A stretch of 64,000 nucleotides of DNA from Longimicrobiales bacterium (GCA_965248195.1 CBDFIQ010000002.1:1792001-1856000); one strand, 5' to 3'. Positions 50,064-64,000 are shown, counted from the first letter of the stretch. Notes: generated by a model not told the origin, from the letters alone. Made by a program: numbers and translations.

Positions 50064-51556
50064 ACCCGCTTTCGCATGCGGGCGGGAAGGATGGCGAGCT
50101 GATCCCGGTACTTCGCCACAGTTCTTCGTGCGATCTTGACCCCCTCGACCTTGAGGAGTTCAACGAGTTTCTGGTCCGTCAGGGGCTTATGGACATCTTC
50201 CTCTTCGACCAGCTTTCGGATCTTGTCCCTGACTCCCCTCGCCGAGATATCTTCGCCGCTGGTCGTCGCCAAACCGCTGGAAAAAAAATACTTGAGCGGG
50301 AAAACCCCGCGCGGAGTCTGTACGAATTTTTCATTCGTGACCCTCGACACGGTGGACTCATGCATCTCGATGTGATCGGCGACTTCCCGCAGCGTCAGCG
50401 GCCTCAAATGCTGGACGCCATGCTCGAAGAACTCACGCTGCCGGTCGACGATGAACCCCATGACTTTCAGCATCGTCTGGCGCCGCTGCTCGATCGCCTG
50501 AATGATCCAGTTCGCCGAGTTGAGCTTTCTCGAGACGAACTCCTTGTTTTCGCCCTTGAACAGCGCCTTGTCCTGCGCCAGGCTCTGGTAGGACCGCGCA
50601 ATCCGGAGCCGGGGGATACTCGTGTCGTTGACGAAAACCATGTACTCGCCGTCGATCTTCTCGACGATGAGATCAGGAACGATGTATCGCTCGGGGTCGG
50701 CCGAGTACTTCATGCCGGGCTTAGGATCGAGCTTGGCGATCTCGTCGGCCGCGCCCTGCACGTCGAGCGGCTTGAGGCTCATCTCTTTCGCCACATCGGC
50801 CCAGCGGTGGTTGACCAGATCGTCGAAGTGGCCCTCCGCGATCTGATAGGTTACCGAATCGGCCCTCCCGAGCAGGCGCAGTTGGATCAGGATCGACTCC
50901 CGGAGATCGCGTGCGCCCACGCCCGGTGGATCAAAGGCCTGAATGCTCGTGAGCATCGCTTCGGCCTCGGGCAGGTGGTACGGCTTGAATAGCGCATCCA
51001 ACTCCGCCTGGGCCCCGTCGGAATCCTCGAGGGCGTCGATCTCTTCCTGGGCAGCCGGACGCAAATCAAGCAACCACGAATTCACCCCGGTCACGACGTC
51101 TTCGAGTTCGCACGTCAACGTGCCGGCGTCGTTTACGTTTCCGATGACCTCTTCCCCAAGGCGCGCCTCACGCTCGCTGAGATCGAGAAGCCGGAGTTGG
51201 CCGTAGAGGTGATCGCGAAGATCAGTCGTGTCGACCGGCGTGCGTTGATACAGCTCGATCGGCTCGTACTGCTCACGCCGCCCACCCACGTCGAAACCGT
51301 CCAGAAGTATTCCTTCCCAATCGATCTCGTCATCAGGTGGATCGTCTTTGCCCTCTTCCTTGAGTTCTACGTCATCGTCGGCATCTGCCTCGGTCATCTC
51401 GAGGAACGGATTCTCCTCCAGCTCCGCCTTGAGGTGCTGTTGAAGGTCGAGCAGTGGCATATAGAGCAACTCCATCGCCTGATACAGGCGTGGGTTTATC
51501 TTCATCTCCTGGCGGAGCTGTTGGCTCTGAAAGAGCTTGGTGCTGAATCCGCTCAT
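50060..51556 (-). CDS. rpoN: RNA polymerase sigma-54 factor
   Basis: ENPFLE, HESTVSR, RpoN box ARRTVAKYR. Confidence 0.97.
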   Translation of the reverse strand: MSGFSTKLFQSQQLRQEMKINPRLYQAMELLYMPLLDLQQHLKAELEENPFLEMTEADADDDVELKEEGKDDPPDDEIDWEGILLDGFDVGGRREQYEPIELYQRTPVDTTDLRDHLYGQLRLLDLSEREARLGEEVIGNVNDAGTLTCELEDVVTGVNSWLLDLRPAAQEEIDALEDSDGAQAELDALFKPYHLPEAEAMLTSIQAFDPPGVGARDLRESILIQLRLLGRADSVTYQIAEGHFDDLVNHRWADVAKEMSLKPLDVQGAADEIAKLDPKPGMKYSADPERYIVPDLIVEKIDGEYMVFVNDTSIPRLRIARSYQSLAQDKALFKGENKEFVSRKLNSANWIIQAIEQRRQTMLKVMGFIVDRQREFFEHGVQHLRPLTLREVADHIEMHESTVSRVTNEKFVQTPRGVFPLKYFFSSGLATTSGEDISARGVRDKIRKLVEEEDVHKPLTDQKLVELLKVEGVKIARRTVAKYRDQLAILPARMRKRV

Positions 51557-52416
51557 GAAGTCTTCGGTCGCCCTCCAGCGCGAGGCTTCTCGAACCGGCC
51601 CCTCATCCGCTCGGTCAGCGAGGGGCCCAAGTAGATTCTCGCCACCTCATCGTCCCACACGAGTTCAGAAACGTTGCCACTTATGCGAATTTGACCCTCA
51701 TACATAATGTACGCTCGATCGACGATCTCCAGGGTTTGTTCAACATTGTGGTCGGAAATGATGATGCCGATTCCCCGACCCTTGAGGGAGGCCACGATGT
51801 CCTGGATGTCGTGAACCGCGATCGGGTCGATGCCAGCAAACGGCTCGTCGAGAAGCATGAATTTGGGCCGCTGCACCAGAGCCCGTGTGATCTCCAGCCG
51901 TCTCCGCTCCCCACCCGAAAGTGAATACGCCATGTTCCGTCGTAGGTGGCCGAGGGAGAGCTCCTCCAAGAGGTCCTCGAGTCGAGCCGCTTCCTCATCC
52001 TTGGAGAGTCTCAAGGTCTCCAGGATCGCCTTCACGTTTTGTTCGACGGTGAGCCTCCGAAAAACGGACGGCTCCTGAGCCAGGTACCCGACACCCTTAC
52101 GGGCCCGCCGGTACATCGGAACATCGCTCAAATTCTCTTCGTCGAGGAACACTCGGCCACGGTCAGGCGGAATCAATCCGACAAGCATGTAAAACGTCGT
52201 GGTCTTCCCCGCCCCATTGGGCCCCAAAAGGCCGACAATCTCCCCCTGGGTCACGGAGATGGCGATATCGTCCACCACCCGTCGCTTTCGATAGATCTTC
52301 GTTAGGCCCTCACCTCGGAGCCGGCTCGGCACCTCGAGCTCCGTGTCGGACCCGGCCGGTGAGGACAGCCCATCCATGCCCTCCTCGGGCCGGGGTCCCG
52401 AATCGAGGTCACTCAC
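51553..52416 (-). CDS. lptB: LPS export ABC ATPase
   Basis: [33 protein letters not shown]. Confidence 0.95.
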   Translation of the reverse strand: MSDLDSGPRPEEGMDGLSSPAGSDTELEVPSRLRGEGLTKIYRKRRVVDDIAISVTQGEIVGLLGPNGAGKTTTFYMLVGLIPPDRGRVFLDEENLSDVPMYRRARKGVGYLAQEPSVFRRLTVEQNVKAILETLRLSKDEEAARLEDLLEELSLGHLRRNMAYSLSGGERRRLEITRALVQRPKFMLLDEPFAGIDPIAVHDIQDIVASLKGRGIGIIISDHNVEQTLEIVDRAYIMYEGQIRISGNVSELVWDDEVARIYLGPSLTERMRGRFEKPRAGGRPKTS

Positions 52417-53914
52417 GCGCTGCTCCGTTCCCACCGGGTAGAACGCTATCGGGCGGCGGCGGCGGTGCGCGTCTCGGCTGCAGGTAGACCCCCGTAGGAT
52501 TATCCACTTCCATTCTCTCCACCTCACCATCCTTCATGTAGAGACGCACCTCGTCGCCGATGACGTAATTGAGCTCGAGCGCCGGAGGTCCTGCGACCCC
52601 ACCCGCGACCGCCGGCTCCGGGGCCGACCTGTAAAAGCTACGCGCCTCACCACGAGCGACGAGTAAGTCGATGTGCCGCCCGCTCGGCTCGGCGGCCTCC
52701 GGTACATCCGCGGGGGGCTCGCCGGGATCCAACGAATCCGATCGGAAAGTCGCGATGATCGTGTCCCCCTCGATCCAGTCGGACCGGATGAGCTCGTCGG
52801 TGGTGTCCGTGTTCAGTGAATCTCTTGCCGTCGATACGCCGCGGGCGGTCCCCGTTGCGGTTACCCGCTCCAGCTCGCCTCCCGATAAGTCAGCCTGGAT
52901 GGAATCGCCGCTCAAGACAAAGTCCTCGGCCACCGCTTGGGGCTGCGTCGGATTGGCAGATAGAGCGGGCTGGTCCGCCCCCCCGCTCACCGGGGTGAGA
53001 TCTTCCTCGACAGCCCGTCGGACGGCGAACGCGCGTTCCAATTCCTCCTCGTCGAAGACAAGGCGAATCATCGGTCCCCGCATATCAACGTCCTCCGCCA
53101 ACAGCCGGGCCTCGCCTCGTGCTTCTATTTGGTCAATCCGATCGTTGGGCAGAACCATCGTGATCGTGTCTCCTCGCACGTCCAACGTGTCCCCCGACAG
53201 GGTGTCCTGAGAAAGGATGCGAGCGTTCTCGAAGAGGATCAGCGACCCGATGTCCTGTTGAAATTCCAAGGAATCGCCGTAGGCCTGCATGGTTCCCTGG
53301 GTGAGCTCCACCCGTCCCCGCGCCTGGAACAGGCGATCGCCCACCAGGTGGATCACGTCCGCGTCGACCTCGTAGGGTACAGACTCTTCCGAATTTTCCT
53401 GCTGAAAAGCTTCAGCGGGGTCCTGCAGGGACATCGAGTCCGACCTCACTCTCGGAACGAGGCGTGCGTGTGGCCGGCCCTCCCGCACCGTCACCTCCTC
53501 CTCGGGACGATCGTCGCCCTCTTGAATAAGGACGAGATCCTCTCCGGTCACCCAGGACCCGTCCTCGAGGTTGATCAACCGGACGGACCCCTGAGCTTGG
53601 AGCCGGCCCACGCCGTCGAAGTATTGGGCCCGGTCGGCGTACAATTCCCTTTGGTCGTTCCGAAATATCACGTTGCCGAACAGCTGGTGGAAGGAGGTGG
53701 CCTGGAATGTGACCGAGCTGTCCGCTTCGATTCGCATTCCGTCATCACACTCGAAACGCGGAACGGAGAAGTAGCTCACGCGCGAATCATTCGTCTGGTT
53801 CGATACGACCCGGCGTGAGCTTGTGAGCTCACAAGACTGCTGCCCGGCTGCCTCCGTCCCCCCGAAAAGAAGGGCGAGGCCCACCAGAAGGAGGCGAAGG
53901 GCCCGGCTGGACAT
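52409..53914 (-). CDS. Long LptA/OstA-like beta-jellyroll protein
   Basis: Signal peptide; repeated A.G.V and GD strands; lies between lptC and lptB. Confidence 0.75.
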   Translation of the reverse strand: MSSRALRLLLVGLALLFGGTEAAGQQSCELTSSRRVVSNQTNDSRVSYFSVPRFECDDGMRIEADSSVTFQATSFHQLFGNVIFRNDQRELYADRAQYFDGVGRLQAQGSVRLINLEDGSWVTGEDLVLIQEGDDRPEEEVTVREGRPHARLVPRVRSDSMSLQDPAEAFQQENSEESVPYEVDADVIHLVGDRLFQARGRVELTQGTMQAYGDSLEFQQDIGSLILFENARILSQDTLSGDTLDVRGDTITMVLPNDRIDQIEARGEARLLAEDVDMRGPMIRLVFDEEELERAFAVRRAVEEDLTPVSGGADQPALSANPTQPQAVAEDFVLSGDSIQADLSGGELERVTATGTARGVSTARDSLNTDTTDELIRSDWIEGDTIIATFRSDSLDPGEPPADVPEAAEPSGRHIDLLVARGEARSFYRSAPEPAVAGGVAGPPALELNYVIGDEVRLYMKDGEVERMEVDNPTGVYLQPRRAPPPPPDSVLPGGNGAARE

Positions 53915-54468
53915 CAGAAGCGGACCGTCCCTCCGCGCGTCCGAGCATTCCGAATGAGGACCCGCTCAAAATTCAGGTCCGAGTTGAAGCTCGTTCCCTC
54001 CACCACGTCGTCCCCGTCGTACATCACAGTGGCGGAGTCGCTTCGGATCACGTTGGCATCAGGACTGTAGCGTAACTCGTAGCTCTCGATTCTCCGGCCA
54101 TCCGCTCGGATAAGCAGGACCGCGTTGCCCTCCGCGTGCAATTCGTTCGATTCTGTATCCAGCCTGCCCCGGTCGGAGGTCACGATCGCCTTCTCGGTAC
54201 CGAGTTCTTCGTTGTACGCCGTCAACTTCACGCTTCCACGAAGCAGCGCGACCGTCGAGTCTTGAAAGAACAGGGCTGTGTCCGCCTCCACGACGGCCTC
54301 CCGGACCCCCCGGCGGGTCAGATAATGCGTGAGTCCGAAGATGATGTAGTCGGCCTCAGTAGCCGCCAATTCCGGGTCGACGACCATCCTGGGGGGGCTT
54401 TCGGTGCACGCCGCGAACAAAAGTACGCCGGCCAAAACCTGCGCACATAACACCCTACTGGTAGCCAC
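53914..54468 (-). CDS. lptC: LPS export periplasmic protein LptC
   Basis: AEGNAV, L.Y....I.SD, G..F.SD..F; gene context. Confidence 0.8.
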   Translation of the reverse strand: MATSRVLCAQVLAGVLLFAACTESPPRMVVDPELAATEADYIIFGLTHYLTRRGVREAVVEADTALFFQDSTVALLRGSVKLTAYNEELGTEKAIVTSDRGRLDTESNELHAEGNAVLLIRADGRRIESYELRYSPDANVIRSDSATVMYDGDDVVEGTSFNSDLNFERVLIRNARTRGGTVRF

Positions 54469-54568
54469 TATAGGGCCCTCGACTTCATAAGTGCATACAC
54501 CGCCTTTTCTACCCGAAGTTTGATTTTTCGTCCCAGAGGGGCCATCGGTCTCCAAGCGGTCCACGGCG

Positions 54569-55138
54569 TCACTCCTGGGAACGGGCTTCACGATACTCGC
54601 GGACCAACCCGTCCCACTCTCCCCTTGCCGTCAGTAGCTCACGTGCGAATTCCCTGACGGCACCCCGGCCGCCGCGAGCCTGAGTGGTCCAGCGAGACAC
54701 AGCTTGGACCTCCGGCACGGCATTCGAGACGGCAACAGGGAGGGCGACACGCTCCAGGACCGGAAGATCCGCAAGGTCATCCCCGACCATGGCGGCCTCC
54801 TGCCACCCGAGACCCCGGTCATCCAGCAGCTTCTGCACGATGGGTAGCTTCTTGGCGTCCGGATCCTGGTGGCACTCATCGACCCCGAGCTCTTCCGCAC
54901 GCCATGCCGTGGCTTCCGAGACACGTCCCGAAACAATCGCCACCGCGATCCCCGCCCAGCGGAGCATCTTGACCCCCAAACCATCCTGGATGTCGAAGCG
55001 TTTGAGTTCTATCGCCTTCTGGCCGGGCCGGGCGCCGACGTAGACACCACCGTCGGTCAGGACACCGTCCACATCGAGTACGACCAGCCGTATGCGACCC
55101 GCTATTTGGGGATCGATGTCCCCCGACGGACCAGCCAT
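54569..55138 (-). CDS. kdsC: KDO 8-phosphate phosphatase
   Basis: DVDGVLTDG, FDIQDG, GDDLAD, GGRGAVRE. Confidence 0.93.
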   Translation of the reverse strand: MAGPSGDIDPQIAGRIRLVVLDVDGVLTDGGVYVGARPGQKAIELKRFDIQDGLGVKMLRWAGIAVAIVSGRVSEATAWRAEELGVDECHQDPDAKKLPIVQKLLDDRGLGWQEAAMVGDDLADLPVLERVALPVAVSNAVPEVQAVSRWTTQARGGRGAVREFARELLTARGEWDGLVREYREARSQE

Positions 55139-55144
55139 GGGTCG

Positions 55145-55974
55145 TCAGCCCGCGGGGGCAGGAACCCCGGGGTCGCCCTCGGTCAGGCCGACCTCGGCCA
55201 CGGCAGCTCGAATCGCGATAACACTTTCCAGCAGCGGCTTCAGCTGGTCCAGTGGAAGCATGGTGGTGCCATCGGACGGAGCGCTTCCAGGATCCGGATG
55301 CACCTCCAGAAAGAGGCCGTCACATCCGGCCGCAACGGAGGCCCGCACGAGGGGCGGTACGAATTCTGGATCGCCCCCACTGGATCCCGAGGCGCGGCCC
55401 GGCCGCTGGAGGGAGTGGGTGCCGTCGAAGATGACCGGCACCCCGCACGCAGCGCGGATCCGCTGAAACGAACGCATGTCGACGATCAGGTCTCCATATC
55501 CGAAGAACGTGCCCCGCTCAGTCACCGTTACGCTGGGCGCTCCGGCCTCCCGGGCCTTCTCAACGGCGCCAAGCATGTCTTCTGGGGTCATCCACTGGCC
55601 CTTCTTGATGTTGACGATTTTCTCGGTTTCACCCGCAGCTCGAAGCAAGTCGGTCTGGCGGCAAAGAAACGCAGGAATTTGAAGTATATCCGCGACTCGG
55701 GCCGCCGCCGCCGCCTGTTCAACCTCGTGGACGTCCGTGAGGACCGGAAGACCGGTCTCCACCTTCACGTGCCGCAGTTGCTCGAGCCCGTCCTCAAGGC
55801 CGGGCCCCCGAGGTGAGTTGGCTCTCGAACGGTTCGCCTTGTCAAACGAGGCTTTGAACACGACGGGAATCCCCACCGTGGACGAAAGCCAAGCCAACTG
55901 TCGGCCGATCTCTACGTTGAGGCCATCGTCTTCGAGAACGCAAGGACCGGCGATCAACGTGAACCGGTCGAGCA

Positions 55975-55975
<1 letters not shown>
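55145..55975 (-). CDS. kdsA: KDO 8-phosphate synthase
   Basis: KASFDKANRS, PAFLCRQTDL, KKGQ, D.THS.Q. Confidence 0.96.
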
Positions 55976-58433
<2,458 letters not shown>

Positions 58434-58585
58434 CGGCCCAAAGCGGGGCACGAAGCGATGCCTGTTGCCGCAAATATCACGCCAATCAAGTTATGCGAGG
58501 CAGAGTAGGGTTGGCAACGCCTGACCCCTACAGAGGACAGCTCGCGAGCGCTCGCCCGCCGTACGCCCTGCTTGTGAGAGCCTCT

Positions 58586-59161
58586 CTAAAGAGCCAAGAA
58601 ATTCGCCAGCAGAGTCTTGCCGTGCTCCGAAAAAAGCGACTCGGGGTGGAACTGCACCCCCCAAACCGGCCGATCGCGGTGGCGGATCGCTTGAATCTCC
58701 TCGACTCCGTCCTTCTCTCCACTCCACGCTACCGGAATCAAGCTGTCCGGGAGCACCCCCGCATCCGTCACCAGGGAGTGGTAGCGCGCCACCGTGAACG
58801 GCGACGGGATCCCCCGGAAGATTCCCTCCCCACTATGCCGGGTCGGGGCCGTTTTTCCGTGCATGACCCGCTCCGCACGTACCGTCCTTCCCCCGAAGGC
58901 TTCACCCAAAGCCTGATGACCCAGGCAAACCCCCAGCATGGGTATCGAAGGATCCAACGATCGAAACAGCTCAACGCTTACCCCGGCTTCACGCGGCGTG
59001 CACGGGCCAGGAGAAACCACCACGCACGACGGCGTCATAGCCCGAATTTCTTCCACGCTTCGTTCGTCGTTTCGGGAGACCGCGACGTCCGCGCCCAACT
59101 CGCCCAGCAACTGGACGAGATTGAAGGTGAACGAATCGTAATTATCGATGACGAGTAGCAT
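58586..59161 (-). CDS. Anthranilate/ADC synthase component II (TrpG/PabA)
   Basis: IDNYDSFT, SPGP, GVCLGHQ, RYHSL, QFHPES. Confidence 0.95.
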   Translation of the reverse strand: MLLVIDNYDSFTFNLVQLLGELGADVAVSRNDERSVEEIRAMTPSCVVVSPGPCTPREAGVSVELFRSLDPSIPMLGVCLGHQALGEAFGGRTVRAERVMHGKTAPTRHSGEGIFRGIPSPFTVARYHSLVTDAGVLPDSLIPVAWSGEKDGVEEIQAIRHRDRPVWGVQFHPESLFSEHGKTLLANFLAL

Positions 59162-59306
59162 GCCCAAAGGTGGCTCCCCCCGCCGGCTCAGACCAGACCT
59201 CGAGGCCCCCATGAATCACCCTGGACAACCCGTAACAAAGGGGAGGATACCGGGTGTAAAAGGAAGTCCGGGCTGCTCCCCCGGTGTCTGGGCCACGGAG
59301 ACGCCT

Positions 59307-60338
59307 TTGTTCACTCAATGTTTGCTTTGTCACACGCCGTTCCCGCCGAACGAGGAGTTGCAATACTTCACGACCTCCACTCGCGTGGCCTACGATGCGG
59401 TACGTGGACGTCTCTGGGCGATCTGCAGGTCCTGCAAGAGGTGGTCACTCGCCCCCATCGAAGAGCGTTGGGAGGCCCTCGAGGAACTGGAGAAGGTGGT
59501 GAGGGACAGAGCGAAGCTCCTCTCACAGACCGATAACGTCGCCCTTCTGCGGGCTGGCGAGCTCGATGTCGTTCGGGTAGGCCGCGCAAACCTCACCGAG
59601 GAGGCTTGGTGGAGGTACGGGCGGGAGCTCACCCACCGAGCAGCGAAGCATCAGAAGCTCACCTTCATAGGAACCGCAGCGGCTGCCGCCGCGATTGCGG
59701 GAGGCTGGGCCAGCGGTGGCATCGGCTGGCTCGGTGCATGGCTTGTCTGGGAGAACGCGCCGCAGCAGCTGACGCAGGCCGCCCGATGGCTCCGCTTCGG
59801 CGGAAGCGCTTGGCGGGGCAACCGGCCCTGCACCCGCTGTGGACAAATTTTCCGGAGTGTCACCTACCAGGATCGTACACAGCTGATCCTTTCGCCCGGG
59901 ACCGGCAAAGGGCATGCCTTATCCGTGACTCAACGTTGCCCCGTGTGTGGCGACCTCGAGGCAGGAGGTCTGCACCTTCGGGGCAAGGAGGGGGAATACG
60001 TTTCGCGGCGGCTACTCGCTTATCACCATCACACGGGTGCCTCCGAGAAGCGTGTACGCTCTGCGACGCGGCTCATCGAGGAGGCCGGTAGCCCCGAAGA
60101 CCTCACACGCATCGTCATCAAAGAGGGGCGACGGCTCGGCGATCTCCAACGGACCGGCGCCATCGCCTTGGAGATCGCGGCCAATGACACCCTCGAACAG
60201 CGCCTCCTCGAGCTCGAACTCGCCGAAATCGAAGCCCACTGGAAGGAAGAGGAAGAACTCGCCTCTATCATCGATGGAGAGCTCACACCCCTGCCTTTGG
60301 TCGAGAGGCTCCGCAGGAAGGTCCCCCGGGTCGGGTGA
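59307..60338 (+). CDS. Hypothetical protein with four CxxC pairs
   Basis: GGAG RBS plus TTG start; CLLC, CRSC, CTRC, CPVC; central hydrophobic segment; acidic coiled C-terminus. Confidence 0.75.
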   Translation: MFTQCLLCHTPFPPNEELQYFTTSTRVAYDAVRGRLWAICRSCKRWSLAPIEERWEALEELEKVVRDRAKLLSQTDNVALLRAGELDVVRVGRANLTEEAWWRYGRELTHRAAKHQKLTFIGTAAAAAAIAGGWASGGIGWLGAWLVWENAPQQLTQAARWLRFGGSAWRGNRPCTRCGQIFRSVTYQDRTQLILSPGTGKGHALSVTQRCPVCGDLEAGGLHLRGKEGEYVSRRLLAYHHHTGASEKRVRSATRLIEEAGSPEDLTRIVIKEGRRLGDLQRTGAIALEIAANDTLEQRLLELELAEIEAHWKEEEELASIIDGELTPLPLVERLRRKVPRVG

Positions 60339-60346
60339 GGTAGGGC

Positions 60347-61627
60347 TTACTCTTCTAGGATCCAATCCCTCAGCGCGCGCCACTTGGGAGCCTCATCTTC
60401 GGGCTGGCCGGTATACTCCTTGAAGCCGAAAGCCGCACCCTCATAGTGCTCGGTGGTTGCAACGTAGTGCTGGAAGTTGTCCAGTCCTGCCATCTCCAGT
60501 TCGTCCAGAAGTTGGAGATAGAAATCGTAGATCACCGGGCTCCGATTCGCCACGTCTGCGTTCATGAGGGTGTGGGTCCCACCTTCGTAGGCGCTCAAGC
60601 GAACGTCGGTGTACCCGGCTTGGTCGAGTCCTGATCGTGTAAGCTGGAACCCTTGGATAATCCTGTCGAGATCACTCTGTAGTTCCGCGTCGAAAAGCGT
60701 GGGGGACGCTCCATCGTGTTCCGCACCCACATAGGCAGCCATCGACCACTCGTCGGGCCGAAGCCCGTTCGGGTTGATGACAGGGTCCTGTAGCGCATCG
60801 ACGAGGAGGCCACCCTCCCAGAAAAAATCTTCGTCGTTTACCGTCGCGATGACCTTGACCAACCGGTCGTCATCGCCGAACTCATCGATAAACGCTTGCC
60901 AGATCCTGACCGACGCGTACACGTAGTACCGGGATCGGGCAACATTCGGATCTTCGGAAAGACCGAGCTCCATACCCAGGTCGGATGCCACGGTGAACTG
61001 GCCGTTTACTCCCGGCACGTCGTCCCACCAGGCTCCCTCCGAGTAATCGGGATTCCATACCTCGTTGGAGTACTCCACGTAGATATTGAGCTCGGGGTCG
61101 AGTTGGTCATGCACGAGTCTCGCCAATTCAGCGACGTAATCCTCGCTCGCCTTGGCTGGAATGTTGATCCAGTAGTTAGCGTCTAGCGTATTGCACAGGC
61201 GGATCGACCATTCATACGGCATCGCCAGGTCCTGCCACCCGCTCAGATGGACTTGATGGGTCGGCGGCGTCCGATCGGACCACTCCACGTCATTGCTGAA
61301 GCTGACCGAATGGAATTGGTGGAATCGGATCGTCTCGAAAGGTGCCATATCCGCGAGAAACGGCTCGTAGAAGGGCTGATCACCGGGGACCCAGGCTGCG
61401 GTATTGTAGCCCTCAGCGAAGAGTCGCATGCCAGCGGCTGGGTTGTAGAACCCACTGTTGATTCCTACTCCCATGGTCCCCGTCCGGGGTGCACGGACTT
61501 GCTCCACCCCCGACTCGAGGAGATCCTCGTCCACGAGGGGAGCCGACGGGTCGGTGTAGCAACCACCCGTGAGAGTGAGAAAACTGAGTATCAATACGCC
61601 TTGGCTAGAGCCGCTACGCCACGTCAC
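60347..61627 (-). CDS. Lipoprotein, probable TIM-barrel glycoside hydrolase
   Basis: TGGC lipobox; WINIP, YVEYSNEVWN, AYEGG. Confidence 0.65.
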   Translation of the reverse strand: MTWRSGSSQGVLILSFLTLTGGCYTDPSAPLVDEDLLESGVEQVRAPRTGTMGVGINSGFYNPAAGMRLFAEGYNTAAWVPGDQPFYEPFLADMAPFETIRFHQFHSVSFSNDVEWSDRTPPTHQVHLSGWQDLAMPYEWSIRLCNTLDANYWINIPAKASEDYVAELARLVHDQLDPELNIYVEYSNEVWNPDYSEGAWWDDVPGVNGQFTVASDLGMELGLSEDPNVARSRYYVYASVRIWQAFIDEFGDDDRLVKVIATVNDEDFFWEGGLLVDALQDPVINPNGLRPDEWSMAAYVGAEHDGASPTLFDAELQSDLDRIIQGFQLTRSGLDQAGYTDVRLSAYEGGTHTLMNADVANRSPVIYDFYLQLLDELEMAGLDNFQHYVATTEHYEGAAFGFKEYTGQPEDEAPKWRALRDWILEE

Positions 61628-61839
61628 TGGACCTCCTTAAGGCCTGAATAAGGGTCGACACAGCGTGCATGGGTCGTGCCAAGGGACTGCGAGTGGTCAC
61701 CACGGAGGATCGTGATGCGGCCTCAGCGATGACCTTTCGGGTGCCGGGGAGCCACCTCCGCCGGATGGGTCGGAAAATCGAGGTTGTAGTGCATCCTGCA
61801 ACGGATCTGGAAGGCTGCGAGGGATCGGGGCGGATTCTC

Positions 61840-63660
61840 CTAGTAGTCCACCGGCCTCAGGTAGAACTCGCCGATCGCGGTGGATGAAAGCATCGCGACC
61901 GTCGGCAGCTCTCTCTTCCAATGGGTTGCCGACAGTCGACGCCAGACGCAGTCCACATCGCTTTCGGGAAACCCGCCACTCTTGAGGTCGTCGGCCGTAT
62001 ACCCACTGAGTAGCCAGTGAAGGATCGGATCGGCGCGATGGTAGGAAATGCCGAGCTCATCCTCGTCATGAACGCCACGGACCAGGTCGGCCGACGCGGG
62101 CTTGTCGATGATCACGTCCGGCACCCCGAGGTGCCTGGCCAAATCCCAGACCTGAGTCTTGAAAAGATCTCCGAGCGGATTGATCGGGGGGGAATCATCC
62201 GCGTGCCACGTGTAGTATCCCAGGAGACGCTCCGACTTGTTCCCCGTACCGAGCGGGAGCGCACTGAGCTTCGCTGACTGGTCGAAAAGGATCACGGAAC
62301 GGAGGCGAGCCGCCAAATTCCCCCGGCGAAGGGGCGAAAGGTCAGGCTCATGCTTCTGCACGTATGCGTCCACGGTCTCCGTAATCTCGATCGTACGACC
62401 CTCGGCGCCGGACGCCTCCAAAACGAGGTCCGCATGGTCCAAGCTCTCCTGGCTGGAGGTCGCGTAGGGAAGGCGAAAGCCCGTCACATTCTCGGGGCCG
62501 AGAGCGCGGACGGCCAAGAGGAGCGACACGCTCGAGTCTACCCCCCCGGAGAGACCGATCACCACGCGCTCGAAGCCGCGCTGTCGAACGACTTCTTCCC
62601 GGATGAACTCCAGCAGAGCGCTTTCGACAAGGGGCAGATCCAGATCGAGCAGGGTGTCGTCTTCGGGATGGACGGTCGCATGCACGGTCGGGCCCCCCCG
62701 CTTGAAGGCGGGCTCGACCTCCGCCGAGCCGGCGCGGGCCGAGGCGGGCGACTGAGCCGGGCCTTGGGCGGGTGTCTGAGCCAGGCCTTGTGCTTCAGTA
62801 AGCGCCCTCTGCAGGTGAGGGAGTGTTTGCTCGAGATCGGCCAACAAGGGCGAGGCCACCCGCGCCCGGTCCAGGGACGCCGACTCCAACCGGGCCACGG
62901 TCACCCCAGCCTCGAAGAGTGGGCCCCGCGCGAGAACCGCGCCGTCGGGGCCAACCGCGATCGACCCACCCGGAAAGACCTTTCCCCCCTCCGAGCCGAC
63001 GAGCTGACTCACCACCACGAACACGCCGTGCTCGAGCGCGGTGGCCGGGGCCAAGGCCTCCCAATGACGCAAATTATGCGGGAGCCCTTCCCCAGCCGGC
63101 GTGAAGCCTCGCGCCGGAGATGCGCTCACTGCGATGATCAACTCCGCGCCCCCTACGGCCAGGATCGTGGGCGGTAGCGAGTGCCACATTTCCTCACAGA
63201 TGAGAAGCCCTGCACGTCCGAACCTGGTATCGAATGCTTGAACGCTTTTCCCGGCCTCCACGAAGCGCGCCTCGTCGAAGACGCCGTAGGTGGGCAGAAA
63301 CATCTTGCGATGGACGTGGGTCGCCTTGAAGCCTTGCTCGCCCGGTGTCAGGTATACCACGCTATTGTAGAGCCTTCGACGATGCCGCTCGAAGAAACCG
63401 AGCACGACATCGGGAGCTGACACGGGCGGCTGGCCCAGTCCCTTGGCAATGTCCGTCGCCGAGCGCGCCGCCTCGGCCACGCCACCCTCCAGGAAGTAGC
63501 CGGTAACGCTCGTCTCGGGAAACACCAATAGGTCGACCGCCCCTGCCTGCTCGGAGATCACATCACGAATCCGAGAGAGGTTGGACGCGACATCGGCCTT
63601 CTTGGGCTTGAACTGGGCGAGCCCCACCCGTAGCTGAAACCCTCCTGGCGGTCGTATCAT
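61840..63660 (-). CDS. nadE: Glutamine-dependent NAD+ synthetase
   Basis: Nitrilase triad FPE / RK.FLP / ICEE; SGGVDS, TGNKSE, KTQV, PASADL. Confidence 0.93.
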   Translation of the reverse strand: MIRPPGGFQLRVGLAQFKPKKADVASNLSRIRDVISEQAGAVDLLVFPETSVTGYFLEGGVAEAARSATDIAKGLGQPPVSAPDVVLGFFERHRRRLYNSVVYLTPGEQGFKATHVHRKMFLPTYGVFDEARFVEAGKSVQAFDTRFGRAGLLICEEMWHSLPPTILAVGGAELIIAVSASPARGFTPAGEGLPHNLRHWEALAPATALEHGVFVVVSQLVGSEGGKVFPGGSIAVGPDGAVLARGPLFEAGVTVARLESASLDRARVASPLLADLEQTLPHLQRALTEAQGLAQTPAQGPAQSPASARAGSAEVEPAFKRGGPTVHATVHPEDDTLLDLDLPLVESALLEFIREEVVRQRGFERVVIGLSGGVDSSVSLLLAVRALGPENVTGFRLPYATSSQESLDHADLVLEASGAEGRTIEITETVDAYVQKHEPDLSPLRRGNLAARLRSVILFDQSAKLSALPLGTGNKSERLLGYYTWHADDSPPINPLGDLFKTQVWDLARHLGVPDVIIDKPASADLVRGVHDEDELGISYHRADPILHWLLSGYTADDLKSGGFPESDVDCVWRRLSATHWKRELPTVAMLSSTAIGEFYLRPVDY

Positions 63661-63832
63661 GAGCGACGTCTCCCGGGCACGTCGACGATCAAACGGTTCT
63701 CGACTGTCTCTCGACAAAGTAAGGATTCGACGGTCGAAGCCGAAGCCCCTTGCGTTCCGACCGGAACGAGGCAGGATTCGATGGGGTTTATAGACCAGCC
63801 TCACGACCGTTGCCCACACTGAAAGTGAATCG

Positions 63833-64000
63833 ATGATCCGTAAGACCTTACTCGGCCTCGGGTTGGCCCTCGTTCTGGCGCTGCCTTCGGCGGTCCAGTC
63901 GCAGAATAATACGGGACGGCCCCGCTCCGGAGGGCAGGCGGCCGCGTCCCCGGGCGCTCAGGAGTTCCTGAGCGTTTTTCAGGCCATTCGTGACTACGGC
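63833..64000 (+). CDS. Secreted protein, 3'-partial (possibly S41 peptidase N-terminus)
   Basis: MIRKTLLGLGLALVLALPSAVQSQ signal peptide; F..VF..I.DY pattern; truncated by the window. Confidence 0.45.
   Translation, partial: MIRKTLLGLGLALVLALPSAVQSQNNTGRPRSGGQAAASPGAQEFLSVFQAIRDYG

Overview
GC-rich bacterial chromosome segment. The gene set (SusC/SusD pair, stand-alone TonB-plug lipoprotein, lpt/kds/rpoN block) suggests Gemmatimonadota, which is an inference. Four parts. (1) 1-14.5 kb is accessory DNA: two apparently identical IS3-family copies with atypical ends, an IS256, an IS-split copper-monooxygenase-like gene, and a ~7.7 kb integrase-less island inserted at tRNA-Arg(CCT). The island's small genes sit in shared non-coding frames, like cassettes. 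(2) 19-34 kb is a complete quinohemoprotein amine dehydrogenase biogenesis locus (qhpG...qhpADCBFE) with a SusC/SusD pair between qhpG and qhpA. Its QhpC is a variant with a fifth Cys, active-site substitutions and a repeat-expanded leader. (3) 34-41 kb holds mixed genes and a 13-bp tandem array, and ends at a clear Xer dif site (41003-41030) where gene orientation flips. (4) 41-64 kb holds mostly minus-strand core envelope genes (glycosyltransferases, wecB, rpoN, lptBAC, kdsCAB, pyrG, nadE). Three single-base frameshifts in G/C runs may be sequencing errors. All family calls come from motif recognition, not from database searches.
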